Source: Octopus bimaculoides (lineage: Eukaryota). From it: 64,000 nucleotides of DNA. The stretch lies in contig NC_068985.1 in the NCBI RefSeq assembly GCF_001194135.2, positions 86,451,456 through 86,515,455 on the forward strand. Direction: 5' to 3'. Below, one piece after another: positions 1-11,390 of the stretch. Under the pieces are notes generated by a model. It was given only the letters and a program-made list of their open reading frames with translations, ran no database searches and was not told the origin of the DNA. Position 1 is the stretch's first letter, and each line of letters opens with the position of its first letter. Both the position numbers and the translations under genes were made by a program.

Positions 1-107
1 GTGTGTGTGTGCGTGTGCATGTGTGTGTGTGTGTGCATGTGTGTGTGTGTGCATGTGTGTGTGTGTGCATGTGTGTGTGTGTGTGCATGTGTGTGTGTGT
101 GTGTAGT
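1..107. repeat. Compound (GT)n / GTGCAT microsatellite
   Basis: GT runs punctuated by GCAT, seen directly. Confidence 0.95.
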
Positions 108-286
108 ATAAATGGTTAAGATCTAAGTACATTTATGAGATGAGCGTAAAAAGGAATAATGTGGTGAGGGTTGCCTATGAGAAGTAAAACCTGCATTTCT
201 CATATTATTTTGATCAGGATAACCATTACACAAGAATGACCTGGTGTTTTCTGTTATCGAATTTCATACAAGTAAACATACCACAG

Positions 287-409
287 GACCAGCAACTGTT
301 GTTTACCACTATTTGTCTCACACAAACTTTGTTGGTATTTTTGATAACCACTCAACCACCACTGGAGGGGTTATCCCATTAGGGTCAACACAGCTTACTC
401 TCAAACTAG
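287..409 (+). other. Possible symmetric phase-1 exon of unknown gene (GPATVVYHYLSHTNFVGIFDNHSTTTGGVIPLGSTQLTLKL)
   Basis: CAG at 284-286, 123 nt open, donor G|GTACAT at 410. The polypyrimidine tract is poor and I recognise no homology. Confidence 0.15.
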
Positions 410-411
410 GT

Positions 412-459
412 ACATATATTTATATATATATATAAATATATATATATACATGCATACAC

Positions 460-514
<55 letters not shown>

Positions 515-1016
515 NNNNNNNNNNNNNNNNNNNNNNNNNNNNNNNNNNNNNNNNNNNNNNNNNNNNNNNNNNNNNNNNNNNNNNNNNNNNNNNNNNNNNN
601 NNNNNNNNNNNNNNNNNNNNNNNNNNNNNNNNNNNNNNNNNNNNNNNNNNNNNNNNNNNNNNNNNNNNNNNNNNNNNNNNNNNNNNNNNNNNNNNNNNNN
701 NNNNNNNNNNNNNNNNNNNNNNNNNNNNNNNNNNNNNNNNNNNNNNNNNNNNNNNNNNNNNNNNNNNNNNNNNNNNNNNNNNNNNNNNNNNNNNNNNNNN
801 NNNNNNNNNNNNNNNNNNNNNNNNNNNNNNNNNNNNNNNNNNNNNNNNNNNNNNNNNNNNNNNNNNNNNNNNNNNNNNNNNNNNNNNNNNNNNNNNNNNN
901 NNNNNNNNNNNNNNNNNNNNNNNNNNNNNNNNNNNNNNNNNNNNNNNNNNNNNNNNNNNNNNNNNNNNNNNNNNNNNNNNNNNNNNNNNNNNNNNNNNNN
1001 NNNNNNNNNNNNNNNN

Positions 1017-1065
<49 letters not shown>

Positions 1066-1068
1066 GCA

Positions 1069-1100
<32 letters not shown>

Positions 1101-1140
1101 CACACGCACACACACACACAATATGTGTGTGTGTGTGTGT
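412..1140. repeat. (TA)n and (CA)n/(CACG)n microsatellites flanking assembly gap 515-1016
   Basis: Seen directly. Explains the spurious 230-305 aa ORFs in the track. Confidence 0.95.
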
Positions 1141-1679
1141 ACCTTTCACTGCTATATATTGCCAAAAGGACATAATACAGCAGTAAAAAGAAGTTACTCT
1201 TCCATTGAAGTCCTTTCCACTGAATTTCCCCCACTCGCTTCTGCTGATCTCCCACCACCAAAAAAAGGCAGTGAATCAATGACAAGGCCATTGAAAAAGC
1301 TATAAGTGGTGACACCATGGCTTATGAATTGTCATAACAAGCACAGCATTTGCAGACTGAGGTAGGTTTGATTGAACAAACCCAAATATATTACTGGTAT
1401 TTAGTGTGTCAAAGTTGGATGAAAGAAAAGAAACAAACTTTCCAAGTTATTCAAGTCCAGAATTTACAGTTCTGCTGACACTGTCTTCAATGTTTCCTAA
1501 TTATTTAGAAGCAAACATTTGTTGGCATTGCAATTACTTTATGGCCAGTTATCTAAATGAGTTTACTAAAAGACCTCGATTGGAATAATATAGCGTCAGT
1601 GCTTATTGAAGAACTAAAATGACATTGCTATGACTTGATCATTAAATTTTGCTGAGGTTTCATCGAAAACTTCTTACTA

Positions 1680-2060
1680 GATTAAATAGGAGGCATTAAA
1701 GAAGAGGAAAAATAAGCAAAACAAAATGTTAAATATTGAGAAGAAATCTAAAGGAAGTAGCTTTAATCTTTGTTGATGCTTGAAAGATGTTAGGAATGTC
1801 CAGGCTTTGGAATTAATGGTGTGAAAAAACTGTCTACAAAATGGGTGAATCAGCAAATGAACTGTGAAAAAGAGTAAACTCACATATGGAGGTTTGATTT
1901 TTATGATATAATGAAAGAAATTTACCTAAGTCACCAATATTAAGAACTGTCTCAAATAAATACGGTCAAACTGGTTAAAAAAAAAAAAAACTTAATGATA
2001 ATCTTAGTTGTGAAAAAAACTAATGTCATGTAGAGCCTTCTTAATCTTTAACATGTTCAT
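1680..2060 (+). mobile_element. Decayed KRBA2/SCAND3-like (Ginger-type) integrase N-terminal fragment
   Basis: One frame with stops reads LERC*ECPGFGINGVKKL...FYDIMKEIYLS, then NVM*SLLNL. This parallels the recalled KRBA2-like pattern LKRYDV..IGGVEKLI...LFDILH..H.S...YLNLC. Confidence 0.4.
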
Positions 2061-5000
2061 GGTGTATTTCATTAAAGGCTTTGTTTTATTACTCTTTTTC
2101 TAAACACTATTTCACTCCACTGCTTTCTTCTAGCCTATTACCATTTGATACTAAGAATCTTGAAGGATAATATGACTCAAAATTTGTTTCATAGCTAAAC
2201 GCATTCAACTAAAAATTTCTTTTTATCACAATTATTATATTTATTAAAAAAGAAACATGTTTGGGATCTTTCAAAGAAAAAAATAAAGAAAATGAAATGA
2301 AGAAAGAAATTCTAAGGTTTTCTTTGTCTTCAAAACTTTTTCCATTCTCTTTTTGGTATCATTTTGATATGCCAATGGCAGGATATAACAGGTTTGAAAA
2401 TTAAGGTATTTGCATGAATGCTTAGAACAGATATTTTACGGTCGGATGTCTTCTCTAGCACTAACTACCTTATCATAAAATAAAGCTGGAAGCTATTTTC
2501 ATACTTCGAAGACTGTTCTGAGAAACAATATAAACAGCAGGAATTTAACTAGAAATTCTTCCTTTCTTTTCTTCAATGCTTTGAAGAACAGAAAAGAAAA
2601 AGAGGAAAAAACAAAATAAATTACTAAGAAATAAGGCTTTCCATTCTAGTTAGGAAAGAAAAAGAATGTTTCTATCCATTTATCTATGTTGGATTTAGGC
2701 AGATATAATTAGACTAACTCAGCCTTTCAGATTAGATAAAATATTCATTGTAGAATCTTTACCATTGTTATAAATATTTAAAATATTTATAAAGATTTCC
2801 ATGAAAAGTGTTTTGGATTAAAATCAAAATTAATGAGAGTTTGCGATCACTGAATTGACTGTCAGAGTTTCAACCCACATTTTCAATATTCTTAAGATTA
2901 ACATAAAGGAGATCATTCATCATTCACAAAGTGATAGTGATTGAGTGATTGATGTGGGATTGTTTAACCACAGGTCAGCCCCTTTAGAGGAGACCTCTCA
3001 TCAAAATGTTGCAGTCTTTTCATATACCCAATACATTTCCAATAAGTTCTTCACATTTTAAAATAAGAAGGCATCCTCAGAGGGATTGTTTGCTGCTATT
3101 TCGAGCAAACTAAGTGACTGTGTGGTGTTGCTTTAATAAATAATTAAAATACTGACAATTGTTAATTATACATAGCAATTATTAATTATAAGTAAATAAG
3201 TTAAAGCATGTTTTAATTTGTTGTTAATTAAACAATGCAATTATTATTTATAGGCAAAAATGATTTTTTTTTTGCGGGGAGAAGTGATTAAATAGTTGAG
3301 CATTTAGTAGTGGGAGGGTGGAATGATTGCTATATTTGGAAGTGGTTGTCTGTGTGTGTGTGCGTGTGTGTGTGTGTCTGTGTGTGTGAATACGTGTATG
3401 TGTCTATGTGTTTGTGTGTTTACATGAGCTACAAGTGGCAATACTTTTTTTTAATTTCTCCCATCAACTGGTTTCAAACCTTTGAAGGTGTGTGAAGTAA
3501 AAGATTCCTAATTCAAAAAATAGCAGCTAAGGGTTAATGACAAGAAGGACACTTTGCTGTAAAACAGTGCTTCAATAATAAACACATTTGCCTAATCTAT
3601 GCTATTAGTGAAACTATGCAGAAAAATGAAGAAATTAGTAAATGTAATCATTTCACCTTCATTCAGATTAAAGTCTTATCTTTATTACTCTCTCTATATT
3701 GTGTATGATACTGTTTCTCTACCGTTTCTATATGTATTACAATTACATAAATACAGAAAATTTAATCATTTCATTATCTTCAGATACTAATGTAAGTCTA
3801 ATTCTTATCAATTTTTCTACATGTTTTATGTGGGATGTAAAAACCCATGGGGGAAGAAAGATATTTTACTTAATATTTAAGTAGATTTGAACTCAGGACT
3901 ATGACGTTCTTCTGTTGATATTTTACTGTTGAGTTGCATAGAATTTAGGAGAAAATGGTAAATATGCAGTTCTTTATCAGTTGATAAATTAGCTTCTTCT
4001 GTTATCAAAGATATTGATTAGGAAGTTTGGCTTAATTCCTTATGTTGTAGAATATTTAATGTGAAAGAAAAGGAAGAAAACCATTTGTCTTGTTAGAAGC
4101 TTAATTTGTGGAGAGAAATGTTTAATTTAGAGTTCAGCTGAATGTTAATAAAGGTATGTTGACTTCCTGACAGTAAGACGTAGAGGTGGTGGGGAGGAGG
4201 TAGAGAACATAACATTCTAACGAGTAGGATTCATTTATTAAATAACTCATTAACCTCTGTCAAATTTCTGGTTACTCTTATGGAAAATAACAAACAAACA
4301 GGTCCTCCTCTATTACCAGTTTCTATGAATGACACTGGAATTACTATTTTCTTCCTCAACTTCTAACCAAATAAATATTTATGCCAAGAAGTATTTGATA
4401 AATAAATAACGATTTTTCAGTTGAAGCAGACAGCTGAAGGTTTAAAGTTCTAGGCCATTAATTGGAAGGTCAACCATTTTAACCTTGCTGCTGATATTGA
4501 TCCAGGCTTACTCTATTATCCTGGATGACCTCACTAAAACTAACTACCACTGTCATTTTAGAGTTGAATGACTCATTTTAGGAAGGGGATCATACCATAT
4601 TATTTTAACAATTTATGCAAATATTCAATTTTCAGGTTTGCTCAGCTTATGTTACATGCAAAAATAATATTAAAAAAAAAATCTAAAGAAAAAAGTACAG
4701 GAAACTAGGAAAAAAAAAAAAATCCAACCGATTCATTTTTCTTCACATGTAATTTCAAATTCCAAATTATGTCAAGCAGATATTTTAGGTGTGAGGATGC
4801 ATGGAAAGTTCCAGCACAACACTTTGGCAACTGGAATAAACACTCCATAAGCTGTGATGAACAATTATGGTTTTGAAAAACTCAGTAAATCAATTAAGAT
4901 GGCTGAAATTTATTTGCTTTTTTCAATAGAGGTTGATTTAGCTTTATAATAATCACCAGAAAATTTCATAAATAAACAGAATTGGTTGTCAGTGAATGAA

Positions 5001-5914
5001 ACTTTATTAAACTACATTATTTTATACTCTACTAAACCCTACTAAACTATACTATTTTATATTATACCATACTAACGAAACTCTACACAATAAACAGCTA
5101 TAATTTTTTTCATTTTTTTCCTTTCGTTTTGCATTGAAAGCAAATGCATTCCTGTTTTTATATTTAGTTTTCTAAATCTCGTCAATGTAATTCATCATAA
5201 TTTTTATTAGACACATTCCCTCTTTATACAATTAACCACAAAGCATAAGGTCATTAAACTAATCTTTTCCAGACAATAAATATCCAGAGAGCCTTGAAAT
5301 CCAATCCTACAATCCATTGAACCTCAACAGCGGTTAGCTATACACACTGTACTCCCCATTAACAGTGAGGTGGACTAAACTTGGTAATAAATTCTATACA
5401 GTGAGGAATCTTGACATAATAAATGATGAAAATGGTTGTGGTAGCAATACTCGAACTGTCGATGGATTACTTCTAACAACCCATGCCAGCATAGACAGTG
5501 GGCGTTAAATGATGATGATAATGAGTCGAACAATCTGAAACGAGAGAAGAAAGAGGTGTTATGATATTCATGTTATTCCAAAGGATTTTATCGATGTAAA
5601 TGTGGATGCTTATGAAACTCTTGACAGGGTTTTTATTAAAGACCAGTTGTACATCTCACTGTTCAGGGTTTGAAATGCATGACTGATAAATCTTCCTCTG
5701 TATTATGGCTAGTCTGTTGCAAATGGCTTTCGAGATGATCTTTTAATTCTTTGCCAGAACTAATTCATTTAAGACAATGTAAAATAAAGTATTCTACCTT
5801 ACAAAGAAACTATAGTCATACAGCTAATTTGAACTTGCAATCCATGAGCTTGCAATCAGGATATTTTCTCTACTCAGTCAATGGTAGCCTAAGTAAAAAA
5901 AAATCTTAGTATCA

Positions 5915-6150
5915 CAATATTGGTCAGATCATCACAAGCAGTTATACACCACTGATCACAATGCACTTCTAATTTTGTCTTGATTGTGTCATTCTTTTCC
6001 ATCTTGACCCAAATTGCTTAAGTAAATCATCTTCTCATTGTTATGAAGACCTTCTAAGTGGCCTTTTCTGATTCCTTGGATACCACTTGGCAACTGCACA
6101 GGTTCAGCTGCTGTCTGGTTGTCTGTGAACTTTATAACATGTCCAGCAGA
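5915..6150 (-). mobile_element. RTE-1-like LINE, 3' end of RT ORF (decayed)
   Basis: Reverse complement aligns with 17025-17275, which translates to the RTE C-terminal GHVAR.TDNRW...GRP..RW.DD pattern. Confidence 0.75.
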
Positions 6151-6654
6151 AAACTTGTGCTTTCAAGTAAAAGAAAATACAAATACAAATTGGAATTTAC
6201 ATTGTCACCCAGTTGCCTCTCTGGTCAATTGTCTTCCCATGTCAATAATACTCGATTGATTCTCTCTTCAGAAATTTTAAAGAAAGCAAGCAAGGTCATA
6301 TGACTAAGAAGATTTAATTATGCAACCCAGGGGAAACCAAAAACCTCACAGAGATGTGAGAAGAAATGAAAGTATCAAAGAAAAGTGCTTTGTGATATGC
6401 TTTTGTCCTCTTTATATCCACCTTGACTTCTTTGTCTTTCAGCCTTCAATCCAGCTTAGAGGTGTTCAGCCATTATTCTTCAGAGGCAGTTTGGCACCAA
6501 TGCTCTATTGAGTGAGCACACAAATCGTTGCTCTGATCCCGCCGTTCCTCTCGTGCTGGATGGGATAGCTGTAGCCGAGTTGACTGATATAAATAGTTAA
6601 AATACTTAAAGACTGATCATACTCCAATGGCTGACCTCAACACCCTCCCACCCT

Positions 6655-6745
6655 TCACCACCACCACCACCACCACCACCACCACCACCACCACCACCAC
6701 CACCACCACCACCACCACCACCACCACCACCACTATCACCACCAC
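6655..6745. repeat. (CAC)n microsatellite
   Basis: Seen directly. Confidence 0.95.
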
Positions 6746-6789
6746 TTTACATCAGCTTTCCCAGATAGATAATTTTTATCTGTTGTGAA

Positions 6790-6890
6790 AGAATGAAAGC
6801 AAAGTTGACCTTGGTGGGATTTGAACTCTGAGCAAAGAATGCTGTGAGGTATTCTATCTGGCACTCTAATGGTTTTGCCAATTCACTACC
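6790..6890 (-). mobile_element. tRNA-derived SINE family A, partial and old
   Basis: Matches the reverse complement of the head/body of the copy at 13765. Confidence 0.7.
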
Positions 6891-7178
6891 ACTGTTGTTT
6901 TTTCTTTGGCATTGTGAATCTCGGACTACACTCCTTTTTATCCTAGATAAAAAATAGTGTGAATTGATGTTGATTTCACTGCTATTTCAAGCAGATCTAG
7001 TAACCCCATAGAAGCATCATTGTCAGAACAAGGTGGAAGTTCTGTTGCTATAGTGATAATTGGTTTGCTCTTTTGTGCAATTATATCAAATACAGGAACA
7101 CAATAGGCCATGTTGTTATCTGCAAAGAGCGTGAGTTACAGTCATTAATAGCATCGACATTAACGAATACCCGCTTAA

Positions 7179-7397
7179 CCCATTCGATACAGATTATTCT
7201 GTCCAATGTAATGCTTATTCATTCACGTCATTTTGAATTAATAATTCATTATCCTGAATCTCCAAGATTACAATGATATGATCGTTTATTTTTAGAACAA
7301 CATTGAAGGGTAGGTGTGAGAGGCCAGATCTGGCCCATTTGAATATAAAACAAATTGAATATTTAGGCTGGATAAGGCCAGTTGAAATGCCAAAGTG
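7179..7397. mobile_element. piggyBac-type MITE with TTAA target-site duplication
   Basis: TTAA|CCCATT at 7175-7184 and AAAGTG|TTAA at 7392-7401 (expected GGG, one mismatch). 219 bp, non-coding. Confidence 0.7.
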
Positions 7398-7497
7398 TTA
7401 AACTTCTCCCTAACACTCAATAGTTTCCTACAAACTTATCTTCTAAACTAACAGACTTGTTATCCATTTTATGGTGCATCATTATTAGATCTTTAAG

Positions 7498-7722
7498 GGA
7501 GTGGACTGCCAGAATCGTTAGCACATTGATCTAAATGCTTAGTGGTATTTTACCTATCACTACATTCTGAGTTCAAATTCTGCCAAGGTCGACTTTGCTT
7601 TTCATCCCTTCTGGGTTGATAAATTAAGCACCAGTGAAACACTGGGGTCGATGTAATCAACTAATCCCCTCCCCACAAATTTCAGACCTTATGCCTATAA
7701 TAGAAAGGATTATTATTATTAG
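7498..7722 (+). mobile_element. tRNA-derived SINE family A, full length
   Basis: B-box GAGTTCAAATTC, body GGTCGACTTTGCTTTTCATCC..GATAAATTAAGCACCAG, (ATT)n tail. Confidence 0.9.
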
Positions 7723-8499
7723 ATTTCTCATACTGCAGTTTATAGAACCTAGATATATTTTAGTCCAGTACTACAGACCCATTTTTATGACTGACACACA
7801 TCCGTCAAATGTAAATAAGGTAAATAATGTACATATTCATTTTTAATTTTATTTTTGTCAAAATATTTAATGAAAGTGGGTTTGTCCAGTTCCTGTATTA
7901 TTTTCTCTTTCACTGAAGTTCAAGATGATTTGCACACTTACCAATCTGTTTTGTTGCATTATCATCTTATACTGCTCCTGTCCATAGATATTATATCATT
8001 GATAAATTTCTTGATAATACTAAGAAGATTCCCAAGCTGGTGACCAATTGATGCACACACTTGTTGGTCAACAATAAAGAAAAAATGGGGTATATAGCTA
8101 CTCATTAATCCTCCATGGAATATTTCAGATTAGCTTTTTTTATGAATGAGCATAAAAAGTAAGGAGCTTAGGATGAAATGAAAGGGGAAAAATATGATAA
8201 AAAAGATGAAAAAAATGATAAAAAAGATGTAAAATATATGATAAAATAGCCCCCTTCTAAGGGGAATTTTACATAAAGTATTCATGTGAAGCTAGAACTT
8301 ACTGTCATGGTGTTAATATCTACTGAAAAAGTTGTCAGCTATTTCATCATTGATGCTTTAAATAAACTGTGATGATGTCAAGCTACCATTAGTCTTTGTC
8401 TATTTTAGCAGAGCTAGTGTAAGACAGTCTGAAAGAATCCCTTTGCAATAAAATGCAGAGATTATCCTTGAAACAATTTAAAATAAGAATGACTGTGTG

Positions 8500-8600
8500 G
8501 TCAAGGGTCATGGACGTGCGGTAAAGAAATTTATTTTCCTGACCATAGGATTTTAGGTTCCAGTCCCACTACTTACTTCATGGCCTTTGTTTCATTTCAT
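8500..8600 (+). mobile_element. tRNA-derived SINE family B, head fragment
   Basis: GTGCGGTAAAGAAATT...GGTTCCAGTCCCACT resembles the head at 49430. Confidence 0.6.
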
Positions 8601-8689
8601 GATTCTCTTGAACTATGGTCGATCTATTTACCATTTCAGTTTGGATTTATTACACATTGTGACAATCTGGTTTCGTTTTATGTTCCTCA

Positions 8690-9563
8690 CATCTTCAGAG
8701 AACCGGATCTCTTTTAGAAACAGTTTCTTCCTCTGGTATTGAGTGTATTTACAATCAGCCTCTCAGAGTTTTATGGGTTCCACAAGTGGATCCAGTTTTG
8801 AATTGTATGTACGATGATGTTGACAAACCATGCTAGGTTTGGTAAGTCAACTGGTGAGTTGAATAAGTTTTTGTTGAAAAGCAGAAGAGCATTTCATGAG
8901 GTTGGAGATTATCCACAGCAATGATTGTAGAGCACCAAGTAACACGGTCTTCCATTGACAAATGTTTATTTCTTTTTTGTTTTCACTTTCAAGGGTTAAC
9001 CAAATAATCTGTTTATACTTTCCACACAGCAAATTCCCTCAGAGTTTATCTGAGGTCGTCGTACAGTTGGTAGAAATCCTATGGCTATTTAGGAATTGCT
9101 TTAAATTGACAGGTAAGAAAGAAGATACTCTATTTGAATGAATAAACGATGGCATTTCTCAATAAGTCTCTAACAATAGAAGTACATGTATGGACACTTA
9201 GAAAACGAGAACATTTATCGATTATGGTATGTATGTTTACATGTGAATTAATAGGATGTGGAAGAGCTCCTTTAAAATCTTTTGACAAGCGTTCAAATGG
9301 CTGGATAGTTTTTATTAGAGAAATATCTTTAGACAATACAAGTTATGTTAAGTTTTATTACATCCATGACAACTGGTGCAGACTCGTTATACTTCTTTGA
9401 CAGAAAATGTTTGCTTACACACTTTTATAACTTCTTATACAAGGATGAGCTAAGAAATGATGCAGTAATTCTAAATTTATAGTTGTCGAAGTACCAGCAC
9501 AAGCAGGAGACGTATGATAATCTGGAAGATTCTCCAAGCCATGTTTATAGTTTACAGAGCACA

Positions 9564-9604
<41 letters not shown>

Positions 9605-9614
9605 NNNNNNNNNN

Positions 9615-9659
<45 letters not shown>

Positions 9660-10150
9660 ATTTCGATTCTTTAGTGTAAGATTTTATCATTTTATCATGG
9701 CTTTTATTGTCAAAATGGACCTTTGATCTGTCACCAAATTAAATGTTTCCATTATCTCACAGTTTCTATAACTGCATTAACTTTTTCGACAGTGTAGTAA
9801 GAGATTATTTAGAAACCTTGAGAAAGTTTACCATCTTGTGATAACCACGGTACAATAATAGTTTGCACCAGTAACACCTGATCTAATAGTAAAAGACAAA
9901 ATATCATCGATATTCCCATTCCACAACTGCTTGATTAGTATAATTTGAAATGGTATCAAAATGGTCTCATGCAAAGGGAAATCTATATTGATGATAGCAT
10001 AGTTTTCAAAGATCAGAAAGGGTTTGATTTGGGGAAGTAGGCAAAAGATTACACACCCATTGAAGTTATTTACTATTTTGAGAGTTCTTCAAAAACCTGA
10101 AGGACTTCTGAACTCGGAATTAATTCTCCATTTGAAATTAAATAACATAC
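8690..10150 (-). mobile_element. Gypsy-type LTR retrotransposon pol relic (RT thumb, RNase H, integrase)
   Basis: Minus-strand translation gives, in Gypsy order: SK*LQWVCNL/FAYF (RT thumb); VEK..AVIETVR*WKH and LVTDQRS (RNase H); LLHHFLAHP and SCHGC (HHCC finger); QPFERLSKDFKGALP, TIIDKCSRF, NLKQFLNSHRISTNCTTT, QWKTVLLGALQS and SKLDPLVEPI (integrase). Many stops and frameshifts. Confidence 0.88.
9566..9658. repeat. (GA)n microsatellite with a small gap, inside the Gypsy relic
   Basis: Seen directly near the RNase H/integrase junction. Confidence 0.95.
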
Positions 10151-10224
10151 AAAGTTAATAGATGTCAGATTATTAAATTAGCGAACAGACATTAGATTTA
10201 ATTATTCTAAGGGCTATGGGTTGG

Positions 10225-10420
10225 CAGGATTGTTTGGAACATCAGACAAAATGCTTACTGATATTTAACCATGACTATTTACATTCTGAGTTCAAATCCT
10301 ATCAAGATCAACTTCACCTTTCATCGTTTCTGGGTCAATAACACAAAGTACCAGTCATGAACTGGAATCGATTGGAATGACTAGATCCGTCCGTTGGCCT
10401 TGCACCCAAATCAGAATTTC
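10225..10420 (+). mobile_element. SINE family A, old copy
   Basis: GAGTTCAAATCC B-box plus TTTCATCGTTTCTGGGTCAATAAC..GTACCAG body. Confidence 0.8.
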
Positions 10421-10683
10421 TTTATTTTTGTGTAAGGTCAGATCATTATTATGTTTGACAGCTTTAAAGGATTCGAAAGATTAGTATTGTACTCTGAGCA
10501 CAAATAAAAACAGATCCAAATATGCAGAAGTGAAAATAAACTTACTTCTTTCGATAAAAATTCTCAGTTTTTGTGTTGAAGCAATTCTAGAATTTCAAAT
10601 TATGAGCAAATGTGGAAATTATCTTCAAACATGTTTTATTGATTGATAAAACTTTACATTTTATTTCACAATATTTAGCATTG

Positions 10684-10702
10684 ATCTATCTATCTATCTA
10701 TC

Positions 10703-10753
<51 letters not shown>

Positions 10754-10835
10754 TTATGTATCTGCCTCTCTCTCTTTCTCTCTCTCTCCCTCTCTCCCCC
10801 CTCTCTCTCTCTCTCAATATATATATATATATATG
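10684..10835. repeat. (TATC)n-(CT)n-(TA)n compound microsatellite
   Basis: Seen directly. Confidence 0.95.
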
Positions 10836-11104
10836 TGGGAGCAGACAAATGAAAGATGAGTACTCAACACATTTATTGGGAGCTACATGTATAGATTAAA
10901 TCAGTTTGATTCAGACTCCTTGGTACTCTGAGTTTCAAGTGTATGGCTAGTCTTCAGCCATTGGGGTCTGAATGAGAGTTTGAGTGAAGAGAGTAAATGT
11001 TTACTACTGGATGCTAGCCTGTGATTGGTCGAAAAAGGTCACATGGTATAACAACAGTCTGATGTTGGTGTTTCAGCAACAACAATTACTTGGAAAATAC
11101 CACA

Positions 11105-11390
11105 CGGTGAACAGGAAATTGGTTGAGTGGTGAACAGGAAATCAGTTCAGTGGTGAACAGGAAATCCGAGTTCGATTCCAGGCAGTGACCTGAATAATAA
11201 TAAGAAGAACAATAATAATAATAATAATGATGATGATGATAATGATAATAATAACAATAATAATAATAACACCAGCATCGAAAAATACCTTAGGAATGAG
11301 AATCCAGGTTTGAAATTTCCCCAAGACACCTGATGAAGGCTGTAGAGTACATCAGCTGAAACGTTGTGTTAACAACAAACAAGATGAGAA
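11105..11390 (+). mobile_element. tRNA-headed SINE with (AAT)n linker and hammerhead-containing 3' module
   Basis: A-box-like TGGTTGAGTGG 11120-11130, B-box GAGTTCGATTCC 11168-11179, (AAT/GAT)n linker about 11193-11270. The 3' module is 58/60 identical to a second copy at 53433-53492 (minus). Confidence 0.8.
11325..11370 (+). ncRNA. Minimal type I hammerhead ribozyme (Penelope-like, dimer-dependent)
   Basis: Stem I GACAC(11325-29)/GTGTT(11366-70); core CTGATGA 11330-36; one extra A; stem II GGCTG/CAGCT; GAAA 11358-61; self-complementary ACGT stem III with no loop; cleavage triplet GUU 11363-65. Confidence 0.75.

Noticed and set aside
401-1318. Long ORFs here and at 16081, 39078, 42277, 50022, 53544, 57147, 58675 and 63336
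   Set aside because: They are open only because they cross N-gaps and dinucleotide or trinucleotide repeats.
1143-1318. Hydrophobic minus-strand peptide MVSPLIAFSMAL..SER ending at a GT
   Set aside because: In-frame TAA two codons upstream of the ATG, no good acceptor, the donor runs into a microsatellite, and no recognisable family.
8699-8841. Plus-strand host coding exon candidates
   Set aside because: The sequence is the antisense of the Gypsy integrase, and most frame and donor combinations contain stops.
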